Below are positions 9,800 through 20,726 of a stretch of 40,166 bases of DNA, one piece after another. The notes beneath the pieces were generated by a model. It was given only the letters and a program-made list of their open reading frames with translations, was not told where the DNA came from and did no database searches. Location: NCBI GenBank assembly GCA_002256025.1, contig NKIB01014852.1:1-40166 (forward strand). Direction: 5' to 3'. The position numbers and the translations under genes were made by a program. Origin of the DNA: Asterionella formosa. Its lineage: Eukaryota. Position 1 is the stretch's first letter; every line of letters begins with the position of its first letter.

Positions 9800-12070
9800 A
9801 TGATGATGCCAACAACAAAGAGGAAATCACCAAAATATTCCATCTCTGATAGGGAGGTGATGAATCTCATACTCACAAACATAGTGTCCAAACTGGAGGT
9901 TCTGAGAGCAAATAAAAATGGCATTTTGCCCCATGGGGCAATCAAGGAAATCGTCGAAAAGAGAAAGCTATTTCTCCTTTAGTTGAAAAAATGAAAAAGT
10001 TAACTATATCATTCAAAAGTTGACCAACAAAGGTGCCATTGTCACATACAACAAAAGCAGCGCACTATGGGGGAAGTTCTCCCCAAGATAATTCAAACTA
10101 TTTTACTTCATCATTGTCTACCCTGACACTGGCAAGTACAGATATGGTGGACAACATGGAAACCAGGTGTGCTGTTGATACTATGATTTCTATTTTGAAT
10201 GAAGATAAAAATATGGTTAATAGTATATTAGTTAGTACTACAAGTACAGCTGTAACTACTGAAGCTTCTAGTTCTGCTGTTGGGGTTAGAGTGCCAAAGG
10301 GAGCAACCAAAGCAGCCCCAATATCAATGGCCGCAAAAATCAATCATTGTTACCATTTTTCCATCAAGGAGTTCACAAGAGTGAGAAAACATGCACAGTA
10401 AACAGGAAGGTAGCTAAGCAAGACTTGAGAAGGGCACACTTACCTGTATAGTTTTGAGGCAAAAGAAGGCGCTTGCTATTCCTCCTGAGACTAAATTAAA
10501 CTTAGAAACAATCAAAAGTAGATCAAAGTGCAACATGAATGTCACAGGAGAAGAAGTTAACAAATTGAAAGCTCCGCCAATGGTGATTGAGGTCGAGCCC
10601 TTCAAAAGGAAACAACTGGAGGCAGACTCAAACATTGTAGCACATTCAAACATAATCATAAGGAGGGAGCATAATCAATTTTGCTGCGACCGTGTACTTA
10701 CTACTGGAGAGGGTTCATGCAGAGAAATGGTCATCTTGTAGAAGTAAGGAGAGGAGTCAAATTTGATGTCAAACGAGCGGAGTGGTGTACTGTCCAGAAC
10801 TTTCATCAGATGTACGACGATGTTTATGAGGAGCATGCCAAAACTGGAATTGCCTCAAAATTGGAACAGCCAGCTTAGTTCAATCAAAAAGGGAGCATTG
10901 TTCAACTGGAAGAAGAAGTATTTGGGTTGAAGGCATAATACAAACTCCTGCACCCCGATAAATTCATATTCGTTGATGAGGTGGGAAGCAGTACAAATCA
11001 AACCAAGTATAGCCACTATGGAGGGGAGAAACACTTGGTCTTACTTGGTGCAGCCGCTGCAAGGCCTCAACAAGGAAGGCGTGCTCACAAAGATGCCCAT
11101 TTCACTGTTCTGGTATTTACGGCTACTACTGGGGAACCCCTAATGAGCGCTATAATCTTCGCTGCCAAGGAACTGGAGTATGGTTGGTTACAAGGACTGT
11201 ATGTATTTGCAGATGAGGTGGGGGAAGAAGACGACCTTAAATCAAATACAGGGGGTAAGGGGAAACGATATCCACAGGGTCCTGGTGTGTGTGAGTTCAA
11301 AGGCAAAAAACTACCAACCATGTGCTGTTGTTCTGAAAGTGGGTCTATCACTGCAGATCTCCTTGTTCTTGCTATGCTTAAGGTCATCGATAAAAGTGAA
11401 CAAGTGTTTGACAGAACTGATCATGCCTGGCATTGCTACCTTTCTACTCCTTGATGGACATGGCTCATGTTTCGACTTGACTTTCTTGGAATATATAAAC
11501 AATCCTGCTAACCCATGGAGTGTATGTATTGGCGTGCCTTATGGTACCTTGTATTGGCAAGTCGGAGAATCCAGCCAGCAGAATGGAAGTTTAAAGATGA
11601 AATTGGTTAAGTAAAGAAACATTTACTTAGAAAGAAGTCGTAGGCAGACCTCCCATATGTAATTGATAAATACGATATCATTAGCCAACATTCTTGTAAA
11701 TTCGACTTGGCGACTCTGCTTTGCCAAAATCGGATCAAATCGACATGCAATATCTGAACGAGGTTGGGGGCCACTTAACTACCATTGCTTACTGGAGAAA
11801 GAAATACAGCTGACATGATCTTTCAGGGAGAAACATCCAATTGGCAACACAAATATACTCGCTCATGATTTGAATTTTTCTACGGGACTTTCTGGAAAGC
11901 TGACTGATTCAATTGTTGAACACCTAAATCGCATGAGAGCAAGGAATGGAGTTGATGCGACAGAGCAGATGCAAAAGTAAATAACAAACAGACATCGACA
12001 ATCACAAGAAACGCTCCTCAGTGTTGATTTTTACAAGCAGCACCTGCAGATTGGGTCCTGAAATGCTTCA
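9800..12070 (+). pseudogene. Degenerate pogo/CENP-B-like (DDE_1-type) transposase
   Basis: FIFVDEVG (~10965), LLLDGHGS (Asp at 11453) and IGVPYGTLYWQVGESSQQNG; broken by many stops and frameshifts over at least five ORF pieces. Confidence 0.85.
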
Positions 12071-12530
12071 CTAAATGTTCTCATCTGTACGATGGTCTTC
12101 CTCTTGATTCAACTCATTTCACAGGTGATTGTGTTGATTTCATGAAAAATCTTGAATGTACTGTTTAAAGTAGCTACTTACGCCGAGAGGAAGAGGAGTA
12201 AGCAAAATAATGATATGTGCATCTCTTGTACCAACAAAAAATCTGTTCTCACACTGAATGATTCCATCGACGGAAATACGTTCTAATACCTGTATAGCTA
12301 CATAAGTAACAGGTGATGCCAGCTTCATGGAGTAACAACTAATTTAGTTTTTCATTTCATTTCTTGTCAACAGCAACCTTTGGGACTAAATATGGAAGTA
12401 ACACAAGCTAATTGACGAGTTCAAAGCAAGATAATTATTGGTTAGTATATAAATCACCACAAAATTTCTTGAACAATTATGTTCGTATCTAGAAAAAAGA
12501 AAAAGTTGCCAATATTAGTATTTTTATGTA

Positions 12531-12890
12531 GGGTGTGGAGTGGCTTAGTGGTTTAGCACGGTGGCCTTTGATCTGAGGTTGTGAGGTTCGACTCCCGCAA
12601 TTTTTTTGAGAAGCAATTGTTGGGTTCGACTTCCTTACCGTCCCGCACGGTCTTGCGTGGTGTACAAGAAATAGTGGGTTGCCTCCCTACAAGCAGCTTG
12701 TGCCGCCTTCCTAGTAGGCGGTTGGAGTTTCACCTAACACTGCGGCTAAGACGATCACATTTCGTGAAAGGTGGTTGGGGAATCACCTACGCTAACAAAA
12801 CTAGGGAAGCACAGGTCTTGTTGGCAGGCAGCACAATTGGTACTTGCCTTGAAAAAGGGGAGTAGGAATGGGCTATAAAAGAGATTATCA
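12531..12890 (+). mobile_element. tRNA-headed SINE-like or Pol III structured RNA element
   Basis: A box TGGCTTAGTGG (12541) and B box GGTTCGACTCC (12585), second B-box-like GGTTCGACTTCC (12623), GC-richer hairpin-rich body within AT-rich flanks; no tRNA acceptor stem. Confidence 0.6.
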
Positions 12891-13246
12891 TTTTATATAC
12901 ATGGATCTCTAGCTTAAAGCAAGGCACATTAGGGTGATTGAGCTGGAGAAAATTGTAGAAGTCAAGATGGCCCCTTTGAAAATTTTAAGAGTGGACGCCA
13001 TTGTTTTCACCAAGAGGGAGCAAGTACAAGTTAGAATAAGTCTATTGAATCAAGGAAAAGATATCCTTTCAATTTTTCACACAGTAATGACTTGCTAGAG
13101 TCTAGCAGCATTTTGCGCGATAAAACAGGTAAACAAACTGTACATGAAAGTTGATTCAAAATTCATTACCTAGGTAGTTTGTTTTCTGCCACTTAACTAT
13201 CTAGAATCTACTTTTATAATGCCCCCATGGTTCAGAAAGACTTGCT

Positions 13247-13786
13247 TCAGGCATTGAAATCAAGATAATCGATAGAGTTCATCTTGTAGAAGGACTCGGC
13301 TTCAGTATCATACATATCAGCCTTCTCCTCCTCGGAGATCGACTTGAGCTGGTGTAACTTGCGTTCAAAGTTTCCTAGCTGTCGAGTCACACGTTCATGT
13401 TCCTGCCAAGGTATGAATAAACAGTCAGATTCGCGAACGTAAATTTACAATCAAGAAGAAATTCTAAAATGATACGTACCTCTCCACTGAGAAGCTTGCG
13501 TCCAGCTTGGTGGTCTTCCATTAGGGCCCTGCGATGATTGAGCATCTCCTCGAGTTTTTCCATGCGTCGTTCGTGCCTTTTTGAAACAAACTGGACCACA
13601 TTCTAAAAAAGGTGGAATGTGGAACGTTGAGCTTTAAGGAGCAAGGCATCTACATCAACACGCAATATGACTAACCTCCTTCTTGACATTGCTTAGATCA
13701 CGGAAATCTTTGATTCTCTGCTTGATATCGTTGGCGCTTGCAAAAGCCAAGAGGAGGAAAAGAGTCACGAAGGTAACGCAATTCAT
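13247..13786 (-). CDS. Small secreted/ER-entering helical protein, 129 aa, three exons (13786-13676, 13602-13480, 13402-13247)
   Basis: Two phase-0 GT-AG introns (73 and 77 nt) join an open frame MNCVTFVTLFLLLAFASA-NDIKQRIKDF...DHQAGRKLLSGEEHERVTRQLGNFERKL...DFNA*; clear signal peptide. Confidence 0.85.
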
Positions 13787-14674
13787 TTTACTTTGAATCT
13801 GATGGAATAGAAAAAAGGCTACGGTCAGCGACTGCTCTTTTTTAATTGCAGCTGGAAGAACTTTCTGGAAGGATGAATGAATGATCGAATGATGGGAAAG
13901 CTCAACGTAATAACTTTGATATCATCTACCGTAACTGAGAAGGCGTTTCATAATGACATGTTGGTCGTGAAACTGATAAAACACGACGAGACCGATTACT
14001 CTGCAATAGAGAATACTAAAAACTTAGCCGAAGGCAACCATGCCTCCGTTTTCTTCTTTTGCGTGTGTTCCGCTGCATTTCATTTCAGTTCTTTGAATGT
14101 TCTTTCCCTCTCATGTACAATGATATTCTCCCAACAGGAGGTTTGACGCACTCGAATCAACCCGACAACCGCCAACGGTCACTCACATTTGATTTCGTTT
14201 TTGTTTTGTGTTGATCCTTCAAGCGGGTCGTGTGATTTATGCATATACTATGAACTATTTTATATATATCTTTTGCTTTTTGTCATCCATGATCAGAATT
14301 CCCCTCATCGTATGTTGAATTCTGCATGCAAAATGTAGTTGGGAAAACGCTGCTATTTCGAAGCTGTGTACCTATACCGGTACCGGTATTCGACTCTCTC
14401 TGATGAACAAACCACAAATAACGCACACATTATTCCGCCTACCCCTGTATTTCCAGTAACTTCCTACCAGTAGGGTCTAATCTATCTTTGACCATCAGCA
14501 AGTTGCGGCAATTTTGCCATATCTAGTTCCACGTACCGGCAATACTGATTCGAATTCCAAATAAATACATGTGTCTCTTCTTGAAATCCGTATAAAAACC
14601 CAACCCAACCATCTTGTTGTTCCTATATATATTTAGCTTTGACCTAATTTAGCCTAAATATTGAGACCAATCTG

Positions 14675-14776
14675 TTTTGCTTATTCTGCCATTTGCTTCT
14701 CGTTCGTTTTGCTTAGATGTAGGACCGTTTTGCTTAAAGTGCGTTCTTTGCTTAAGGTTCCTGCATTTCAACCCTA
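14675..14776. mobile_element. hAT-like transposon terminus (right end) with subterminal repeats
   Basis: Five (T)TTTGCTT(A) copies spaced 15-21 nt, ending in TTTCAACCCTA; reverse complement TAGGGTTGAAA differs by one base from the maize Ac TIR TAGGGATGAAA. Confidence 0.55.
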
Positions 14777-14969
14777 GTTTAGAGGTGGGGTTAAAAATAT
14801 AATATTGAGTCAGAGTACTCAAACACACATTTCATACAAGTAAAACATAAATGTATATCGCTAAATGGAGCTTTCACCAAAATACACCCTTTCCATATGC
14901 TTAGAAACAGTCTTCTGACAAAGTAGGGGTATAGGTCAAAGCTATATATCGTCAGGATAGAGGATCTGT

Positions 14970-15088
14970 TGAGAAAGTGCAGAAAGGAACTTCGGTTTTT
15001 TAACTATGCTAAAAATAGTGGATTTTACAGGGCCAACTCGTGTATCTGGCCTAGTTTAAAAACCGAAGTTCCTTTCTGCACTTTATCA
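14970..15088. repeat. 40-bp inverted repeat with 39-bp spacer (MITE-like hairpin)
   Basis: 14970-15009 vs reverse complement of 15049-15088: 37/40 identical (core AAAGTGCAGAAAGGAACTTCGGTTTTT). Confidence 0.9.
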
Positions 15089-15360
15089 CCGAAAGTTGTT
15101 AACTTCTGAGGCTATAAGAAGATTACCTATGTACTTAAATCTTCTTCAAACCTTGCCAACGTTGAGCTATCATTGTTCCAAAATTCGACAATAACGGCCT
15201 TTTCAACCGTCACCAAAATGTTGGAATCAGAATCACTAATCACCAAAACGTTATCATCGGAATAGGAGTCTTGTTATTCAATTTTTCGTCCTACAATCGC
15301 CTGTACAAAAAGTTCCATTGTAAGTGCACGCTTCACAATAAATATTTTGATTGGTCAAGT

Positions 15361-15870
15361 TCAATTACTTACCAACAATTGATTGGCCTGGTTTGCGTGG
15401 TCTTCCAAAGCCACGCTGGCCACACTGGATGCACATGTAACATTTTCTTGGGTGTTGGCCAATACAATATCCACAGTGGGTAGCTGATCACCAGTGATAA
15501 TACGCATACCAGTACTAGAATGCACTTTGCCTGCATTGAATGGACAGAGTGCGCTGCTTTTCCTTTGACGATCATTGCGGCCACAATGATTGCAGACATC
15601 TGTTCTCACCAACTCTTCGACTTCATACCATCGACACTGACATTCAGGGCAACCAAAATCGCAGCATTCACAGAAGATGCGTGCCTCACATCCCTCCAAA
15701 TTCGACTCTACAATTAACCGGTCTTGACATGGTGGACATGTATCATGACTGTAGTTGAATTCGAAGACGCCATTGTTGTCCAAATGGTGTGTATTTTCAC
15801 TCATGGTGGATTGTTGCATTCTTTGTTTGTTCTTTACCGGTACTATATAGTCATCAACATTATTTGCCAT
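15361..15870 (-). CDS. Cys-rich hypothetical protein with zinc-knuckle-like motif, probably TE-derived and possibly pseudogenised
   Basis: 169-aa ATG ORF with CPPC, CECCDFGCPECQC and CNHCGRNDRQRKSSALCP; Cys-rich sequence (YCEACTYNGTFCTGDC) continues in another frame after the stop. Confidence 0.45.
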   Translation of the reverse strand: MANNVDDYIVPVKNKQRMQQSTMSENTHHLDNNGVFEFNYSHDTCPPCQDRLIVESNLEGCEARIFCECCDFGCPECQCRWYEVEELVRTDVCNHCGRNDRQRKSSALCPFNAGKVHSSTGMRIITGDQLPTVDIVLANTQENVTCASSVASVALEDHANQANQLLVSN

Positions 15871-16085
15871 GCTGCCAGCTCGTATGACACATATATGTTG
15901 ATCGTATTATAGGGTATATATACATTGAGCGATGGAGAACGTGTATATGTATATTTAGCGAATTCGAAAAGGAATCTTCGTATGCACGCGCAAATTTCCA
16001 CTGATTTAAATATTTCAAATGGAATCATGTCATTCAAAAATAGCTCATATAAATTCTTGCCTAAACAATATTTTCATTTTTGCCT

Positions 16086-16130
16086 TAGGGTTGAAATGCT
16101 GGAACTTTAAAGTAGCAATTTTGCTTATTG
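16086..16130 (+). mobile_element. hAT-like transposon terminus (left end), same family as 14675-14776
   Basis: TAGGGTTGAAATGCTGGAACTTTA is 22/24 identical to the reverse complement of 14753-14776 and is followed by a TTTTGCTTA repeat. Confidence 0.55.
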
Positions 16131-16719
16131 TGATGTCATCATTTCAACGCTGCTGCCATCACAGTCACCTACAACCCATGTACCTAGTAATCATGATACT
16201 GTATCTATAACTATGATATTGAATACACACCGGTAGTTGTGTAGTTGCAAGTGGCTGTGATTCACCTTCGTGTCGTTGTAGCGTTGACCATGATGAAAAT
16301 AGCGAATATCTCGACGAAAAATGAGAACGATGCTTTCCTTTTTGATGAATATATCAAACACAACGTAGATAGAACAATCATAAAAGAATAATTCTAATAG
16401 CACTAATATTGACAACGAAAATTGAATTCGCTGCTGGCACATTTTTTTATCTTATTTAGAGATGCGCAATCTTTAAACGACAATACTACTACAAGCAGAT
16501 ATAACACTTTTGCAGTCGCTATACAACAGATGATACTACGACTACAGTATTTACATGAATAATCGAAGCAAAAGATGTGAAAAAAGGCTATTATCTACTG
16601 AGAGTTGATTGATTGCGAATGTGCAATTTGTATATAGTTCTTGCTTTTAGAAGCATCCTCTTGCGGTCTTGCAAGAGTCTATTGACTATTGCGACTGATT
16701 TGACTAATTTGATTAGGAG

Positions 16720-16810
16720 TTTGGAACTTGAGGCTTGTCATTGGGCTTCTCACTGAAGCTTCTCGAGTTGAGGCTTCTTGAATTGAGGCTTTTCGAATTT
16801 GGGCTTACAA
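16720..16810. repeat. Degenerate ~15-bp tandem repeat
   Basis: About six copies of a GAATTGAGGCTTCTC-like unit. Confidence 0.6.
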
Positions 16811-19123
16811 AACTTTTTTTATATTCTCATAATTTCTGTTTTACAATTATTTGTAGACTGGTGAATTACCTTAGGGTTGTGCAGGTCTTTTGAAGGTCTT
16901 TTCGTTCTTACTCTCTCAGTGTGATACTACCAGGTATACTATTTCTTGCCGTGTATTGGAAACAATGATCATATTGCCCCTGGTTGTTTCGAGTTGTGCA
17001 TACATTTCAAGAAGTATGCGAACTTCGCAAAAGAACGCGAACTTAGGAGAGGAATGCACAACTAGAATCTTGCATGATATTTGGAAAATAAACAATCAGG
17101 TCTGTGCACAATACAAATAAGGAATTTCAGCATACCAAGGAAGTACACCAGAGTTTCCCATACCTCCCTGCTGTCAGTGTATGATTATTGCAACACTGGT
17201 ATGTACCAGATATAGTGGCTATGCTGGTACTAGCTGTATGGCGCATGCGTGGTATGTCATACCCAGGGATTAACAAGGTACTCCTACTTTGTACCAGCAT
17301 ATGATACCACAACATTGTACCAAAAGCTATATTCATACTACTTTTTTGCAGGGCCATGTACTCCTAGGGGGGCTAATACATTGACTTCCCTCCAAATTTC
17401 GAAGCCACCCATGATTCAATTTGTCTCAATTTACAAGTGAGTGCCCCCCCTGGAAGGCCTGGTAGCACACATTTTATGCACTCATTTTCAGTTTTGACTC
17501 ACTCCCAATGACTTGTCCCATGCCTAGTACCATACAAGATGGGCTGACTTTCTATTACAAACTCTCTCAAGTAAGTTTCTATTATCTTAAATGTCAATTC
17601 ATTAAATCCAAGCCATGTTCTGATCATCAAATCATGTTCAACTATCTCTACTGGAAATGGTATTCAGAAACTGGAAGACGGTTTGATTATAAATTTCACT
17701 GATCAGTAACTTCTAGTCGTAAGCAGCAGCAAATTCTAGTGTCTTTGGCTGGCATATTGTGCCGCTCAAATGATTCTGTACTGAGAGTGGACTGTGTATG
17801 ATGCTAGCATACATCCTGGGACATAACGCCCTGAGCCAACACTGAATAGTGACATCACAAACATTTCATTTAATATCCTCTACAATGATTTGCATCAACC
17901 ATTTTCTCACTGTTTTACTCATCTCCCGCTGAACAGGGAATGCGCGCGATCATAGACAAGGTGCTGTGCTTGAGGAATTGGAATTGTTTCGCAACATAGC
18001 ATGGAGGTCCTTCCACTTTCTTGGACTTATTAAGAAGGTGCATGAACATTACTCACCTGTTATTGTTATTTTCAGAAACATAATGATCTCTGTCTCAGTG
18101 ATCCATTCTATGTCATTGAAAGATTGGTGAATTGTTGAGTGCTGATTGGAAAGAAAGAAACAGCCAACTCGAGTAGTTGTTTCATGCAAAATGATTTAAG
18201 TAATCCAAATTCGTGAAGTTTTTGTTGTTGCATTGTTTTTGCATGTTATTTCTCAAAGGTACTCTTGCTTCTATCATTGCAGTGCTTCACGTACTGTATA
18301 CATCTTTCTCAGAGCTCTAATTTGATTTGACTGGTTATGGAGTGTTGAATTCCGATGAAGGCGAAGCTGGGACTCGAGAAACACCAACAGATCAAAAAAA
18401 CTTCAGAAATTCGATATTGCAATAAGACTCAATAATGTATTCGCTTCTTATTCAAATAGCACGTTGTTGTCCATTTCAGCAAAATGACCGCAACTTGCTG
18501 CTGTGAGTGGCTATTGTTCTGTATGAATTTTATATATATATATATAATATATACACATATTATGGTTTTAGCATCATCATCATATTTAATTTAACAGTCA
18601 ATCAATGTCAGCTACTTCCAACAACCAGCCACTCTTCCTTCCAAAAATGGTGGCTACAACATGGTGGAACATGGAACTGTAGAGCCAGCATGATGCATGT
18701 CATTGCACCATCAGTTCAAACAAGTGCACTCTATCTGGGGCGCCGCTTTTTGACATTCATTTCCGCTGCACCATACCCCCACATCACTAGCTAGAGTGGA
18801 AGGCCAACTCAAGAACCTATGTCAGCCAAAATTATAATGATGCCTCTCCTTTGTGCCAGTGATTGCTGATCTGTCAATTCCAAAAACGCAATAGGATCTT
18901 TCCTTGGTAGAGCAAAAAGGGACTCATTGTAAAGGGGAATTTCCTTTGTTCGATTCATTGTATAAATATGTGCATATAGAAAAAGCCTTTTATGTACTAT
19001 GTAGCTACATATGTACCACAGATGTTTGCGCTTCTGTACATTCATAATGATATGAAATGCATGTAAACAAGGATTTTTCTGGAACAAGGACTCTTAACAC
19101 TCAGAATTGAGATTTGGGGGGAG

Positions 19124-19209
19124 GGAACCCCAATCCAAGACAACCCCCTAATTATAGCAAGGTTCAGGAACCCCAATCCAAGACAACCCCTAATCATAGC
19201 AAGGTTCAG
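19124..19209. repeat. Tandem duplication of a 42-43 bp unit
   Basis: GGAACCCCAATCCAAGACAACCCC(C)TAATYATAGCAAGGTTCA occurs twice head to tail. Confidence 0.9.
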
Positions 19210-19790
19210 CAGGAAACAGAAAATCATTATTTAAAATTAGATTTTGATAAAATTGAAATTAATGGGCCAGCCCAGCACCGAAACCATTAGAAATTTCTAG
19301 ATTTTGATCTAATATTGCCGTTTGAGTGGAATTTGAGTGCATCCTGGAGCCAAATTTTAGTCTCGGCAAAGTCACTTGAACTTGCTGGTGAACACTGTGC
19401 CAAGAAGCAGCCATGCTCGTCCCTATCAAGGGCAATACAGGAGACCGTACAGACCTGTTCGAACGGGACGACCACAAGAATATATGTTCTGGTAATTGAA
19501 AGAAATTGAAATGCATCGCATATATTATTTTATGCAGAATACCGGTACTCGATTCTTATTTATGGACCCTTACTTTTTTATGAACACGAAGGAGTATCAC
19601 ATCATAAATAAATGTTTGTTTACGTTGTGAGAGTTTCAAAAACATCGCCATCTTCCAGCAGTAGCTGACGATTGTCCCTTAACTTGTGCTTTGTCTTTAG
19701 CCTTCGGTGCTCACTCCACAATACCACAGTGCATCCCACATCTTTGTGGCACAAGAATACCAAGAAACCAAGGGCCAATATCCAATCGAA

Positions 19791-20522
19791 ATGCTCCGGA
19801 TACAAAGTTATCTGCTTCTGTTTGTACTGCTACTGACAGCACCTATTGTCATCGTTGCCTTTGGTACCATTCCCGCCTCTCAAGGATTCCGAATAAGACT
19901 CCATTCCACTGAAACTGACGATGATAAAAATCTAGAGTGGATTAGCTCAGAGTTGGTGAAGGATCAAGAGGAATCTGACGAACTCGATTGGATGCCAGAC
20001 AGGGACAAGGCCAAGATTCTCAGAGAGCAAGCGAATGCCTTTGCAAGGCCTGTGATGAACGCCGCAACAGAGAAACCTGCTAGATCATCGTATACGGAGG
20101 AGGAAGAAGGACTCATCCGAGACATGGGAGGCAAAGTTAAAGCCAACAGGCGAGAACCAGGTTTTCTCGGGGACTGCACCCTGAAAGAAATTGCCACCGA
20201 TTACAGTGTGCCCGTCTGCTACATGGCGGATGTACTATGCATGTGGGGTGTGCCCGTGCCGATCAATGTCAATGATCGTTTAGGGGATCTAGTGACTGGG
20301 GAACAAGCATTTTCATTGTTGGAAGCGATTCATACCTTGGACGTGGCCTTCTTGCAAGATCGATATTCGAATGACAACTTACTGGCTCTTTGTGATTGGC
20401 ACGGTATTGATATAAAGGATGCGTTTCAAATGGCGATGAAAGAAGGATGGTCGTTGCCCTTTGGAGTGCAAACTTTTCTGCGAGTGGAACAGGAGGACGA
20501 GTTGATTCGAGTTTTGGGTTAA
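19791..20522 (+). CDS. Conserved hypothetical, probably plastid-targeted protein with IF2-N-like helical repeats (243 aa)
   Basis: First ATG at 19791 gives signal peptide MLRIQSYLLLFVLLLTAPIVIVA-F plus a transit-like segment; C-terminal GDCTLKEIATDYSVPV... and ...LPFGVQTFLRVEQEDELIRVL. Confidence 0.8.
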   Translation: MLRIQSYLLLFVLLLTAPIVIVAFGTIPASQGFRIRLHSTETDDDKNLEWISSELVKDQEESDELDWMPDRDKAKILREQANAFARPVMNAATEKPARSSYTEEEEGLIRDMGGKVKANRREPGFLGDCTLKEIATDYSVPVCYMADVLCMWGVPVPINVNDRLGDLVTGEQAFSLLEAIHTLDVAFLQDRYSNDNLLALCDWHGIDIKDAFQMAMKEGWSLPFGVQTFLRVEQEDELIRVLG

Positions 20523-20726
20523 GAGCGACATCAAAGTACAATTGTTGTTGCTACTTTTAGTAAATTACTTAGAGGCATCAAGTTGACACCAGAAGAATAT
20601 CCCTCGTTGAAAAGTATTGTAATTTGACAATCCTTCGCTTTGTAGATTGACCGTAAATCAACAAGCGTAGGGGATTCTCCTAATAGGAGATGTATTCCTA
20701 AGACTAATTAAAGGTATTAATGCCTA

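Noticed and set aside
12531..12605. Functional tRNA-Gln(TTG)
   Set aside because: A and B boxes are present, but the anticodon stem does not pair and there is no 3' acceptor strand
12636..12800. HDV-like ribozyme (CCT-TCCTAGT-AGG and CCG-TCCCGCA-CGG as P3/L3; GGCTAAG as J4/2)
   Set aside because: I could not build a 7-bp P1 with G+1 or a complementary P2 by hand; only a descriptor search on a family consensus could rescue it
14398..14440. Hammerhead ribozyme core CTGATGA
   Set aside because: No stem II and no downstream GAAA
14675..14755. CRISPR-like repeat-spacer array
   Set aside because: Repeats are only 8-9 nt with ~10-nt spacers, the context is eukaryotic and there are no cas genes; better explained as TE subterminal repeats
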